Of a DNA stretch of 64,000 nucleotides, positions 43,040 to 57,481 are shown in pieces. Position 1 is the first letter of the stretch; the number at the start of each line of letters is the position of its first letter. Source of the DNA: Eledone cirrhosa (lineage: Eukaryota); the NCBI GenBank assembly GCA_964016885.1, contig OZ024741.1, positions 365,738,001-365,802,000 of the forward strand. Direction: 5' to 3'. The notes under the pieces were generated by a model. It searched no databases, was not told the origin of the DNA, and was given only the letters and a program-made list of their open reading frames with translations. Made by a program: the position numbers and the translations under genes.

Positions 43040-43929
43040 TACATATATATATACCTATATATATATATAATATATTTATATATATATGCTATATTTGTTA
43101 TATTTGTATTGTGGAATGTAGGCGCGGTCAAGCTGATAGAATATTTAATGTTGACTGCTGATTTAAAAGAACAAACACTATCAATTGTTATTTCATATAT
43201 CCATTCAGCGTTTGTTCTATATATTCTATGTATACTTGTCTATATTTCGGCAGCATACGACCTATAAATAATCACGTTTCCATTTCACATTAACCTCAAA
43301 CACACTATTGTTATTTGATTCATTTGTTTCGCAGCGATCGCTTCATTAGAGAAACAGGATATTATACGATCTAGAAAGCGACTGCTTAGTTATCCTGTTT
43401 CATCATTCTTAAGAATTCCTAATGTAAAGAGCAAAACCAAAACAAAACTGCAAGTCTAGTCAGCTATTCCCCTTCCGCCACTTATATTCACCTCACTTTG
43501 TTTCACAGATATGTGTATGAATGTTATATACATGTAATAGATGAATAGGTAGATTGATACATACATACATACATACATACATACATACATACATACATAC
43601 ATACATACATACATACATACAGAAATATTATATCTGCCTTCACAGACTCGCACACATACATAGCGAACTATATATATATATTGACACACAAACAAAGAAA
43701 TGATAGAGTCATTTAAAAAAAAATATATCAGCAAATCTGTATTCCATATAATGAAACAAGCTTCTGTTATAGCTGGTCATCAACTTAGAGGTCTAATCGC
43801 ATTTTTTTAGAAGAAAGGACAATGATATACTTACAACTTGTAAGTATATCATTTATCTTCTTTTATTATCAGGTTAAACCATTAGTATATGTAAACATAT
43901 TGGACTTTGTTTGAATTTCTACAGAATTT

Positions 43930-44425
43930 GAATGTGTCATCCAATAGAGAAATGATACTCAGATATCATCGCGCAAGGGCGTCGGATTCGGATATTGTAA
44001 AGTTATTTTCGGTTGCTAGATCTACTGTTTGGAAAGCTGTGAAAAGTTTAAAGAGCAAGAATATTTGTCGGGTAGATGCAGAAATGGAAGACCACGAACT
44101 AAACGCACTCCTACTCTCATGAAAGCTGTTTGAGAAAGGATAAGAAGAAATCCGAAAAGGTACGTGAGAAAAATGACAAAAGAGGTCCGAGTAAACCCTA
44201 GATAAATGAGAAGGATCATCAGTAATGACTTGAGAATGTCATCCTTCACCCTTAAGACGGTACAAAACCTTTCTGCCAAGACAAAACAAAATAGGCTAGA
44301 GAGAAGCAAGAACATACTTAAAAAAAAATAAAACGTGGCATGGCAGGGGAAATTGTCTGCTCAGATGAAGAAATCTTTACTGTTGAGCAGACACACAAAC
44401 AAAGAAATGATCGAGTCATTTGAAA
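43930..44425 (+). mobile_element. Degenerate Tc1/mariner-superfamily transposase N-terminal half (maT/DD37D-like)
   Basis: HTH VARSTVWKAVK, GRPRT, IRRNPKR..RKM, CSDEEIFTVEQ..RNDR; stops and frameshifts. Confidence 0.72.
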
Positions 44426-44539
44426 AAAAAGTATCAGCAAATCTGTATTCCATACAATGAAACAAGCTTCTGTTATAGCTGGTCATCAGCTTAGACGTCT
44501 AATCGCATTTTTCTAGAAGAGAAGAGAAAAACCAGCTCC

Positions 44540-44583
<44 letters not shown>

Positions 44584-44598
44584 ATAATAATAAATTTA

Positions 44599-44634
<36 letters not shown>

Positions 44635-44640
<6 letters not shown>

Positions 44641-44965
44641 TAAATCATGTCCTTAGAATTATTAGATTAAATATATACCATTTCCTCTCCCAATTGGCAT
44701 AATTAATCATATAAAAAAAATCAATTAGACCAGGCTATAAGAATAAAGGCCCCAATATGTGTATGAATGTTATACATATGTAATAGATGAATAGGTAGAT
44801 TGATTGATACATACATACAGAAATATTAATTATGGTTAATTATGCTAATTGGGAGAGGAAATGGTATATATTTTATCTAATCATTCTAAGGACATGATTT
44901 ATGATATATTGCTCTGATTATTTAATTTATTAATTCTTCATTGAGCCACAACGTGACCGGTTGCC
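44635..44965. mobile_element. Fold-back pLTR-type element with 3' tail
   Basis: IR 44635-44711 / 44831-44907; (TA)n flank. Confidence 0.6.
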
Positions 44966-45009
44966 ACATATATATCTGTGACTTTATGTATATGTAAATC
45001 TTTATATAT

Positions 45010-46219
45010 ATATTGTTATACTTTGGGAGGGTCATGTTGCCAATAAGAAACACACGCATCAGTTGCTTTCACTTCAATTTATTATATATTTATAAATTTA
45101 TAAATTTACAAATCTACAAACTTATAAATTTCTGGTTGGTTGGTTGGTTCCACAACCAGATAGTTGTTTATATATAGTCATAGTCCTTTCGTCACACACT
45201 CTGTGACCTCTTCAGTGACTGGGGATTCCTTTCTTTGTTTCTGTGCCTTTCCTTTCTTCTGTCCTACGCCATTTTGTTTCTGTGTGTGTGTTGTGTGCTC
45301 AGTTTGCGCATGCGCCACATCCGGGTGTCTGTGTGTGTTTGTGTTCATTTATCTATTTGTTTATTTATTTATTTATTTATTGTTGGTTGGTTGTTTGTTC
45401 TATGTGTGTGTGTGTTTTCATTTTGTCCTTAATTGTAAGTTGTGATGTTGCTGTTCCACTCATATTTTCTATTTAATTTTGGTTGTAATTCTTTTATGCT
45501 TACTGCTTCTGTAATTTGCCTAAACATTGCATCTTTTCTGTGTGTGGATTCTATTTTTATTTCTATGTTCTCTAATTTACCCCTGTGTTCTATCTTAGCA
45601 TGTTGGTAAAGCACAGATGATTCTTTATTATCTTGAATGTCTCGCCAGTGTTCATTTATTCGTTCCCCTATACTACGAGCTGTCTCACCTGTGTACACTA
45701 TATTTTTGTTTCTACATTGTCCTTCAGTACATCTTATGCTATACACTACATTTCTAGTTTTACAGTTAATATGGGGGCTTATTTTACAGGTTATACATTT
45801 CTTATCTATACATGAGGGTCTTTGGAACGGGTATGTCTTGCTAATAAGTGTTTTTACGGAGGTACCTGGCGCAAACTGAGCACACAACACACACACAGAA
45901 ACAAAATGGCGTAGGACAGAAGAAAGGAAAGGCACAGAAACAAAGAAAGGAATCCCCAGTCACTGAATAGGTCACAGAGTGTGTGACGAAAGGACTATGA
46001 CTATATATAAACAACTATCTGGTTGTGGAACCAACCAACCAACCAGAAATTTATAAGTTTGTAGATTTGTAAATTTATAAATTTATAAATATATAATAAA
46101 TTGAAGTGAAAGCAACTGGTGCGTGTGTTTCTTATTGGCAACATGACCCTCCCAAAGTATAACAATATCGGTTTCAACACCCGATTTCAGATAAAGAATC
46201 TTTCTAAACAAATTCAGAA

Positions 46220-46222
<3 letters not shown>
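45010..46222 (-). mobile_element. PLE family A: 5'-truncated GIY-YIG copy with inverted pLTR; HHRs at 45176-45220 (-) and 45958-46002 (+, G8U)
   Basis: ORF 45429-45870 nearly identical to 1480-1920; IR 45010-45310 / 45868-46168; (TA)n on both sides. Confidence 0.92.
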
Positions 46223-46299
<77 letters not shown>

Positions 46300-46325
46300 T
46301 GTGTGTGTCTGTGTGTGTGTGTCTA

Positions 46326-47045
46326 GGGCGGGTAAAATTCCCGAGATCAATCGATGAGTTCTCTCCAGCGGTCTCTGTCCCTCATTATCGCTGCCATGTC
46401 CTGCGTCTCCAAGAGACTATTTCCTGTCCTTAGGCCATCAACATATGTTAACCTCGGTCTTCCTCTTCCAGTGTGTCCATACAGCGGCACCCACAGGAGC
46501 ACTGAGTGCAGTGTCAATTCTGAATGTCCAGTTAACCTCAGTCTCCTCTGTGTCACTTTCGAGCTCACCTTTGGGAGGCTCCCGCACAGCTCTGAGTTCT
46601 TCATCCTCAGTGTATACTGGTTAATGTCCAGAGCCACCCTCTAGCATTCTCATGTAGCACCCATCCACCTTCTGAGTGAGTTTCTTGGTCAGTGTCCAAG
46701 TCTCAGACCCGTACAGCAGCACAGACGCCACTACAGCAACGAAGAGACGGATTTTCAGATCTTTACGAAGGTCCGATTTACACACCGGTCTCAAGCTGTA
46801 GCACGCCGCCCAGGCTTTGCTCTTCCTCTCAACCACATCATCTTCCGTATTCCCAATCTTTGCTCCAAAATACAGGAAGTCCCCAACCAGTTCTAGCGAC
46901 TTCCCGCCTACGTTTATAATCTTCTCTGGCTTCTTAATATTCTCTACCAGATACTTCGTCTTACTCTCATTCATTCTTAGCCCCACACTCATCGACACAG
47001 TCTCAACCTCCTGCATAAAATCCTCTGCCTCCTTCACTGTGTTCT
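46326..47045 (-). mobile_element. 5'-truncated RTE LINE
   Basis: GLRMNESKTKYL, DFLYFG, VLLYGSETWTLT, RRLRLTGH, GRGRP. Confidence 0.88.
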
Positions 47046-47236
47046 AGCAGCTTACTATAAACTAACATATATTCAAGATTCGAGTTTCCCTCTTAATATT
47101 TATTTTAATTAGCTTCCATTACGAGCGCTAATTATCAGCAAATTAATATGTCTATTTTAGAATACTACTAACAGGGAATGTTTAAATATGCCTATCGAAT
47201 ACGTGCTTCCTTGTGATTGTTTAGTGTTTATACACG

Positions 47237-47277
47237 CATTCTGATGAGGATCCAGCTAGGTCCAAAAATCGATTAAT
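47237..47277 (+). ncRNA. HHR relic with G12A change
   Basis: catt CTGATGA GGATC cagcta GGTCC aAAA tcga TT aatg. Confidence 0.55.
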
Positions 47278-47612
47278 GTTGGATTGGCAGTATCGGTAAA
47301 GGGTCGGACGCCATGCTTTGCAGCATAGAGTTACGGTCTTTTAAGATCTGAGTTCAATTCATGCCGAAGTTAACTTTGCCTTTTTTCCTTACGGAGTCGA
47401 TAAAATAAAGTACCAGTAATACACAGGGTTTGCTGGCCTTGTGCCAAGAGTAGAAACAATTATGTTCTAGCATGCTTACATGTCTACATATTTAAAATGT
47501 GTATATCTATATACATAATGTCGCAGTCTCGTTTACCCATTCTGTATATATAGAAAAAATGTTATCCTAAACATCGGCTGTTTAGCGTAGTTTTTATGTT
47601 TTTAACACAGAA

Positions 47613-47654
<42 letters not shown>

Positions 47655-48677
47655 TCATTTATTCATTTTATACGTCTGTATAGAGCTAGTAAGCCATGAC
47701 AGACTAGGGGAAGTATCGAGTACAGTTGGTAATAAAAAAAGGGCTAGTGAGACAAGTGATAAAAAAGTAAAGAAAAATGTAAAGAAAAGAGGAAAAAAAA
47801 AACTAAAATAAAAATAAAAAAGAGAAAAGGGGAAAAATATAACAGCAAAAATAACATTTGAAATATTGAAGGCCAATAGCTGAGAAAAGGAAAAGGAAAA
47901 GAGAAAACAAGGATGCGAGATGGAATGGCTCTTGCAGCGCATCTCCCTTACCATCCTCCGAGGAAACACCTCCATTCTGTCCGCCGGTGCTGTGGGGCGA
48001 CTAGCACGTGGGACCCCATTGTCTCACTATACAGAGAGATGGGGAGGGTGAGAGAGATGGAGGCGATGACAGTGGGAGTTCGGCTCCCCCGTGTTCGGAC
48101 ACATATAGTCTATTGAATTTCTTAGGTAAATTGTCCTCGAATCAGATAGCCACTCTGTAGTTCTACACTACTAGTAAAGGGAAGCTGTAAAACAGTTAGA
48201 ATTTTCTCTTGTTGAATCATTTCTTAGCTTCCATGTACTCAAAGATTTTGTTTATATTTGGTACAACTGTCATCAAATATTGAACTTCCAATCTTGATAG
48301 ATTTGTAAAGATTAGTTTCAGCATGGCCTCTCTCTCACACTGACAGTTTATGTGTGTATGACCGAATGGTTAAGAAAATCACTTTGTAGTCATTGGGTTC
48401 AGGTTCACGTAGTCTATTCCGCTCATCTCACAACTAGAATACTCATCGTCAAAACTGATGGAGATCCATTCGATTCTTTCAGTCGAACATATATACTTGC
48501 TATGTGATTGGAAGTAATTGACTATATGGGAAAGTAGCCAATTTCTGAAAACTTTCTTAGCTTCTTTGAGTCACCAAAACACGGAATCTTGGCTGAGCCG
48601 GCGCATTTCTTCTCATACATACATATGGCTCAATATCAAATTCGAATCAAAATTAATTTTACATTCAAATTCAAATG

Positions 48678-49062
<385 letters not shown>

Positions 49063-49183
49063 TTAATAACTTCAGAAAACCTCTTGTAGAGTGCTTTTAA
49101 TCTATTGTAAAACTATATTCATTGAGTAATCAATGAACCATATTAATCTTTGGTTATATATATATATATAACCATATATATAT

Positions 49184-49858
49184 GAAAAATGGCGTGCTGC
49201 GTTGTTGCAAATGGGATACATATGAATAAAATTAGAACAAGAAGACAGGATTGTCCGTAATCAGTGATCTTCCAGCCATCATTGGTATTTCTTGGCATTA
49301 AAGACCATATACCCCAGGCTGGTGCGAGCATTAACTAAAAAAAATTATTGGAACAGGTAGAATTGGGTGTAGAAAGCGAGACATGTAAACAAAGAGAGAT
49401 GGTAATAGCAACGGAAAAAGAGGAAGAAGAGAAGCAAGTCCATGATATCTGTGAACTCAAGTTCAATCAAATCGTGGACGAGAAGAGAAGACACGTCCAG
49501 ACCCTGTGAAATGTGAGTGAGAAAAGGATTTCTCACAGGTCAGACGGGAGGAAGTGAGAGAGGGGGAGTAGCAGAGAGTGAGTGAGTGAAAGTCTGGAGA
49601 AGAGGCCATCCGAGAGAGGGTGACTGGAGAGGGGGTGAATGAAGGTAAGAGATACAAGGAGAGAGAAAGAAGATAGCAGTAAGAAAGAAACAGACTGGTC
49701 TCAGCATAGCGAAAAATGGCGTGCTGCGTTGTTGCTAATGGGATACATATGAATAAAATTAGAACACGACGACAGGACTGTCTGTCATCATTTATTTTCC
49801 AGCCATCATTGGTATTTCTTGGCATTAAAGACCATATACCTCAGGCTGGTGCGAGCAT
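49184..49858. repeat. ~147-bp direct repeat (49184-49331 / 49711-49858) around a GA-rich spacer
   Basis: gaaaaatggcgtgctgcgttgttgc...ggctggtgcgagcat occurs twice. Confidence 0.8.
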
Positions 49859-50843
49859 CGCTCTTTCTCTCTCTCTCCCTCCCTCTGTCTATATCTCTCT
49901 CTCTTTCTCTCCCTTCTCTCTTTCTCTCTCTCTCTCTATATATATATAGAACATCTTATGCATATCAGAAACTGATAAAATATCGCTCCCTTGCGATGTA
50001 TAAAATCTCAAGCAACTTAAATTGAAAGAGCTTCATCAATATCCCTGGCCACAAAAGCAGTCTATATATATCCGTAACGAATTTTAATTGTGTATAATTA
50101 ATAAATATATATATACATATATCTAATTTCATATATCATATATCTAATATATATACATATATCTAAATTCGCCGTTATTTGGTGAAAAGTATTCTGATTT
50201 TGTGGAGAATACACATGAGGGCAACATATTGATCGTTATCAGGTATTTTGTTTTAATTTATTTATTAAATTTAATAAGATACTCAACGAATTATGTAATC
50301 TTACATTCAGTACTGATTGTCTCTAGTTTTAAGTTTTGATGAATTTTAATGCACACTAATGTGTGTGTGGAAATATTTCATTAACTTTTTTATAATGGTT
50401 AAGGCTCGATTTTATTTTCTGAATTCTATCTGGAGCTGTTTTTTGAGACAAGATATATATTAGCGTTTGTATCATTCATGACATCCTTTACTTTGAATGT
50501 AATAATAATATATACGTATATATGAATTTATTAACGAAGCCAACGGAATAGGAATCCGTATACCCCCGGCCTGTTCCTTACTCAATCAATGAGACATAAG
50601 ATTCTAATTTCTGAACGCACAAAACAATATCTCAGAGTGAACACAATACGTTATTTGTAATGGAGACGACTGCACGTGTGTAGGGGCGTAAAGTATACCG
50701 AAATGCCCCGGACTAAATCTATTTTCTGCAAGTAAAAATTGATCATACATATTCAACTTTACCTGTCATTGACAATTGTGCATATATTGAACAATCAATT
50801 CCATACGCACATACATACACACACTTATATATACATACACACA

Positions 50844-50909
<66 letters not shown>

Positions 50910-51114
50910 TTGCAAGGTTTTTGATATCAAATTTTGTGTCGAAACAAATATTGTTATACTTGGGGAAGGTCAATCAATGATAAACATTGATTGCCAAATA
51001 AATTAACTTTGGAGATATAAAAGATACAGAAGGTAATGTCAACCGAAACCAAACACTGAGTGTGTTCTGTTATCATTTCTGGCAATGTTATAAGAATATG
51101 ACCCTACCCAAGTA

Positions 51115-51158
<44 letters not shown>

Positions 51159-51957
51159 GTATAATAAACAATACAATATAATTATCTCATTATCAGAGGT
51201 TTCCCGAATAAGACGAATACGGAAAACGTCCTCATTCGTTCATCGGACAGGGCAATTTAAAACATAGTGAAATATTTGAAAAATCTCCCCAAGAAAGGCA
51301 AGAGTTTAACGGGCAAAAAAATATATAAATAAAAGTAATGCAGGAGATATATAAAAAAATAAGGACATATAGTTAGGGTATGTGTATATGTATGTTTATT
51401 CACTCACAAATGTACATATGTGTGTATGTACAAATGCATGTGTATAGTGAAAATGTGTGCGTAAGTACATATATGAGGGCAAGTATATTTGTGTATGTGT
51501 GACCACAAATACGTATATAATATGAGTTGAAAAAGAAATTGTAAGATAATATAGTTAACATACATCCAGATACAGGTATTAAATATATACACATACGAGT
51601 ATGAAAGCACGCGTATAAACACACACACACACGCGCGATCACTTATATGCGGAAGATAAAGAGGGAAGGGAGTGTAATAGTAAAAGGAGTGTTATTCTCG
51701 ATACATGTATAAAAATGAAACAATATATGAGAATGAACATTTTTTTTAAATCAAAGAGAAAGTAAGAGGGAGGGGTTATCAATTATAAATTAACACTAGA
51801 AAAAAAGAAAACAAACATAGGTAAGCACGTACACACACATATATATATATATATAAATATATATATATACAAATACGCATCAAATTCAACTCTGGTACTT
51901 ACATAGATCACTCTTCACTCATATGACTTTTTCAATTTTCAACGGAAACTTCAATAC

Positions 51958-52039
<82 letters not shown>

Positions 52040-52059
52040 TTATTTATTTATTTATTTAT

Positions 52060-53698
52060 TTATTAAAATAACAGATTAAAGTTTAAGCAAAGAATCGCTC
52101 TTTCGCCCTTAACGGGATCTTCTGAAACTGAAAAAGTCAATCTGTGAACGCAGAAGTAAATATTTCAAAAAACGTTGCAACCGAAGGAAGACAGGAGGAC
52201 GATACTTTGGTTTGTGGAAACGTTCCCTGGCAAAGAACAGAAGGAATATGAGGTCACTTTCAGTTATATTTGGAATCTAAAAGACAACCACACCCAATAT
52301 AAGTTACACTGGGAGATCCTAGCTAGCGCTAGATCGTATAACGTAAATAAAAGACCGTGTGACCTCTGCGCCGCTGAGGCCCTGGAAATACTCTACGCCA
52401 ATGACCACACCTTAAACAAAAAATCTGAGGCAATTTCGGCTTGTAAACATAAATTGCACAACACTTTCCTGTATTACAGCCCCACATTATACCCTAACGG
52501 ATAGTACGAACTATACGCAGATATTTTACGTCTTGATGTGGTAGCTAAGTATATGTTATGTTTATACCATTATTTATTTATTTGTATAGGTAAGTATATA
52601 TTACCGGTATGTTTTGTGAAGGTACGTATACTTTCTCGTACGTATATTTGCTGGTATATGTTATGGCGTATATATTATATATACTGGTACATGTGCATTT
52701 GGTTATGTGTATACGTGAGTTTTGCGTCTGTGTGAGTATGCGGGTTCGTACGTATGTAGGGTGTGTGTATATGTGTACTTTGTGTTTTGGTTGACGTAGT
52801 CTGCGAACATGTGTATTTACATGTAGGTATGTGTGTGGGCTCGTTATATACGTATTTATGTGTGTATATTTATTTACGTTTATTTAATTATATGTATACA
52901 CTCACACACACACACACACATATATATTTATTTTTTAATATCTTTATGTGTATTTGGTGTATACGTTCGTATGTGTGCGGGTACAGGCGTTGCGTGGGTT
53001 CTGTATGTGCGTGCGTGTTTTTTTGTGTACGTGCTTGTATTTGCATACCCATGGCGCGTGTTTTCGCGTATGCTTGTGTATGTACGTATATGAATGCGTG
53101 TATGTATATATTTAGTTTCAATTACCTCTGTATTTTATTTACTTTATTCTTAAATCTGAAGCCGAGGATCATTCGGTTTCCTAAATAGAATTTTAGTCTA
53201 CGACTTCATTTATACCATTTACGTGATTTTTCTGTGCGTGTAATTGTTCTCACCGATCCACATAATGACGTATCATCTTCGTTTTTTCCGTTCATTGCCA
53301 GAGAACGTCTCGATGAACCACCTAATAGAATATTAGTCTACGACTTCATTTATACCATAAACGTGGTTTTGTCTTTTCGTTTAATTCTTTTCACCCCTCC
53401 AAATAATGACGTATCATCCTCGTTTTTTTCCGCTCTTTGCCAGGGAACGTTTCCACGAACCAAAATATCGTCTTCCTGTCTTCCTCCGGTTGCAACGTTT
53501 TTTGAAATATTTACTTTTGCGTACACAGATTGACTTTTTTAGTTTCAGAAGATCCCGTTAAGGATGAAAGCAGCGATTATTTGCTTAAACTTTAATCTGT
53601 TATTTTAATAAATATTTGCTCTACGGTTCTTATATATTTGATATATATTTATCCTTATCGAGCCCTCTTTGGATTTTAGTCTTCAAATTTATTATTAT

Positions 53699-53700
<2 letters not shown>
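52060..53700 (+). mobile_element. 5'-truncated PLE: inverted pLTR segment, GIY-YIG C-terminus (~52250-52504), long 3'UTR, tail
   Basis: IWNLKD..WEIL..CDLCAAE..LNKKSEAISACKH; IR 52060-52240 / 53432-53612. Confidence 0.82.
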
Positions 53701-53771
<71 letters not shown>

Positions 53772-54679
53772 CAAGTCTCATAAATTATTATATAAAATAT
53801 ATCCAGTCTTTCTTCACCCTAGTTCGTAGAAATCGATTAGATAAATAATCATTTAAACGGGGCTATAAGTTTAAAATGTAACTATGAAAACATAATAGAC
53901 AAACGATAGAGACAATTTTTCCGCGAGGAGCAGTCAGCTAAAATTTAACTAATCTTTCCTCTTAGCCTGTAGAAATTAACTAGAAAAATAATCAATTAAA
54001 CGGAGCTAAATCTAAAATATAAGTTAGAAGAAAAATGAATATAAACTTTACCAAAATTCCTTAAATCCCGACTATCGATAGATTCGCTCGTATTTTGTGG
54101 ATATGTCCGATCTTGGTATTATCCATGAGGCTTAGTGCTGATCAAGAGACCCCTCAGGTTTGGACTAAAATTTCTACATGATCACCGCCAGAAATAAATT
54201 CAAAAATGACTAAGAATCATCATGTGGCTAGGGGTCAAAGTAGAAGGTTGTGAATGGTTGCCAGGTGGCAGGTAGGCTGGCTGCTAGAAAGCGCAGCCAG
54301 ATACCGCCTAAAGTTTTACTCTACCGAACGGGAGTATATATTAAATTCATAGGGATATATGTACATATTTAGACAGATACATATATGAGTGTGGCTACCT
54401 TTCACGGTGTAGCCCAATGAAAAATTTACTTAAGTAAATAATTATTAATCAGAGCTATATATAAAATTGCAAGTTTCAAGAATTATTAGATAAAATATAT
54501 CCAGTCTTTCTTCACTCTAGTCCGAAGAAATCAACTAGATAAATAATCATTTAAACGGGGCTATAAGTTTAAAATGTAACTATGAAGAAATAATAGACAA
54601 AATATATATATATACATACATATGTAATATTGATTCGAGTATGTGTTACCTAATTACCGACATTTCAGTATGCAGGAAA

Positions 54680-55080
54680 GAACACTCAACGAAGTGCACA
54701 GGTGGGTCTGTTTATTCCAGAGTAATTTAAAAACAAGAAGTGTAAGTCAACACGTTAAAATTTACTTCGTTTATTCATATTTGCTGTTATATATATTTCG
54801 GTGATAACCATTATGCAACAGCTACAACCTAATCAGACGGCTAGAGTGCGACCAGTGCTTTGAGAAAACAAGACTATACTTCACCACTGAGCACACAAAA
54901 AAAAAACAAATGACTGAGATAAACGTTATTCCATCATTATGTTTTTTCTGTTATTTCTGTTCAGATTGTAGCTGTCTCATGAAGTCATAGCTGTTGCATA
55001 ATATTTATCACTGAAATATATATGACAGCGTATATGAATAAACGAAGTTAATTTTGACCTGTTTATTTACACTTCGTGCT
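54680..55080. mobile_element. Old fold-back element with degenerate HHR in both arms (54783-54841 on -, 54971-55029 on +)
   Basis: Consensus gctgt CTGATGA ggt..acc GAAA tatata TA acagc. Confidence 0.6.
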
Positions 55081-55152
55081 TTTATACACACACACACACA
55101 TACACACACATATATATATGTGTCTGTGTGTGTATATATATATATATATATA

Positions 55153-55910
55153 TTCAATTTGTCAAGCTGTCTAACGTATGTCATTACTCTAAGATGACAC
55201 TACATTATCGAGTGCTTTGCTGCACATTCCTAATTGTTTATCGTTAGCTTGGCCACAGTCAAAATTCCGATTTTACTAAACTTTCATTTGTATTATTATC
55301 TCCTAGACCTAATAATTAATTTACTAATTTAATTAGACAATTCTATTGATTGATTAATTATTTATGTTTGTTTAATAACGTCTAGTCGAGAGCTTCTTTT
55401 CGGATTGTGGAACGGAATTAATTCCTTTCTTCACACTGAATTTGCTCACCAAAAACCGGGGGTTACTTCCCTTGTTGGAAAACACGTGATTGTGAAAGAC
55501 TGACTGCTGCCATAGGTAGCAGTTTATTGCTACACGTCACCCCGATTTGAGACACAGAATGGAAACCTGTTGATAGCATCAGTCCACAATTCGATCATCG
55601 AATACCACAAATTTGCGTATTGCGCAAGTAGGATTGTTGATATAGATTTCATAGAAACCTACCGGATGTATTGTATAATATAGTTCGAGATGGTCCAGGT
55701 CTGTTATCTAACCTGATTGGTTTTTTTCGTTCCTTTGGTATTATGTGGCTAGGCTTACCTGCCGCAGTTTTCAATTTGTCAAGCTATCTAACCTATGTAA
55801 TTACTCTAAGGTGACACAACCTTATCGAGTGCTTTGCTGCACATTCCTATTTGTATATCGTTAGCTTGGCCACAGACAAAGCTTCGATTTTACTAAACTT
55901 CCATTTGTAT
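55153..55910 (+). mobile_element. (TA)n-bounded element with ~140-bp terminal direct repeats (pLTR-like), ~617 bp apart
   Basis: ttcaatttgtcaagct...actaaactt.catttgta at both ends. Confidence 0.65.
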
Positions 55911-56291
55911 ATATATATATATATATGGATTGTCACGTCCAGTTACTATAGGAAAGCCAGAGGAAGCACTCGATGCGTAGTTTCCAGTAAGTATAGAGGT
56001 GTAGTACTGAGCAGGGTGTCATAACAATGAAAAGAACGATATATTATGTCTTCATTATGGTTATTGAGTAGTGATGCCTGTGTGTCGTTATCGGTCAACT
56101 CAATGTTCGATCTGCATCGAATTAAAAGCTCGTCGGACCCCGAACATAGAGTTACATCCCTTTACGGTCTGAGTTCGAATCCCGCCGAGATTAATTTTGC
56201 TTTTCATCCTCACGGGGTCTATTAAATTAAATGTGAGTAATGCACTACGATAATTGCGGGCTTTGTGCTAAGAATAGAAATAATTTATATA

Positions 56292-57259
56292 TATATAAGT
56301 ATGTACATGTACATACACACATGCATACAGATGTACAGTAGTATGTATATATACATATACATACATGCAGACATATATATATGTACGTATGTATTCACCG
56401 AACATTTATTGTAATGCTCGGTGTGTTTGTAAACAAACATCCCGTATTAAGACATAGTGTCTAGTAACCATCGTTGCTCGTTTATTCAACACTGATAAAG
56501 GAACGCTGCACTAGTTTCAAGCTTATTAGCTATCGTCAGCAACAAATACCTTCTTGCCAGATTGTTTAACGTATATACTTACCTTATGCATATTAATGGC
56601 TGAGTAGCCCAATTTGCATATCGAGTGGGTTAATCGTCCAGGTGCGCCAAAAACGATAAACGGAAAAAATGAAACGAAATTTCATTCCCACTCTTAATAC
56701 GGCTGTTACTTAAATATAAGTATGTACATGTACATACACACATGCATACAGATGTACAGTAGTATGTATATATACATATACATACATGCACACATATATA
56801 TATATGTACGTATGGATTCACCGAACATTTATTGTAATGCTCGGTGTGTTTGTAAACAAACTTCCCGTATTAAGCCATAGTGTCTAGCAACCATCGTTGC
56901 TCGTTTATTCAACACTGACAAAGGAACGCTGCACTAGTTTCAAGCTTATTAGCTATCGTCAGCAACGAGTAACTTCCTGCCAGATTGTTTAACGTATATA
57001 CTTACCTTATGCATATTAATGGCTGAGTAGCCCAATTTGCATATCGAGTGGGTTAATCGGCCAGGTGCGCCGCAAACGATAAACGGAAAAAATGAAACGA
57101 AATTTCATTTCCCACTCTTAGTACGGCTGTTACTTAAATATAAGTATGTACATGTACATACATACATGCATACAGATGTACAGTAGTATGTATATATACA
57201 TATACATACATGCACACATATATATATATGTACGAATGGATTCACCGAACATTTATTGT
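56292..57259 (-). repeat. Tandem array of ~2.3 units (421 and 424 bp), one HHR motif per unit (56505-56543, 56927-56967)
   Basis: Unit start atgtacatgt at 56301, 56722 and 57146; CTGACGA tagctaataagctt GAAA ctag TG. Confidence 0.85.
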
Positions 57260-57350
57260 TATACATTTTCCTATTGCCCACTCTACTACCCTAAGTATTG
57301 AGTACTCTGGTGCGTTATGGTCCAACTGGTTCCTTCCCACACTTCCTTCG

Positions 57351-57481
<131 letters not shown>

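Noticed and set aside
53765-54602. ~140-bp direct repeat (also 11910/12180 and 43683/44391)
   Set aside because: Look like local duplications within repeat fragments; no further structure recognised
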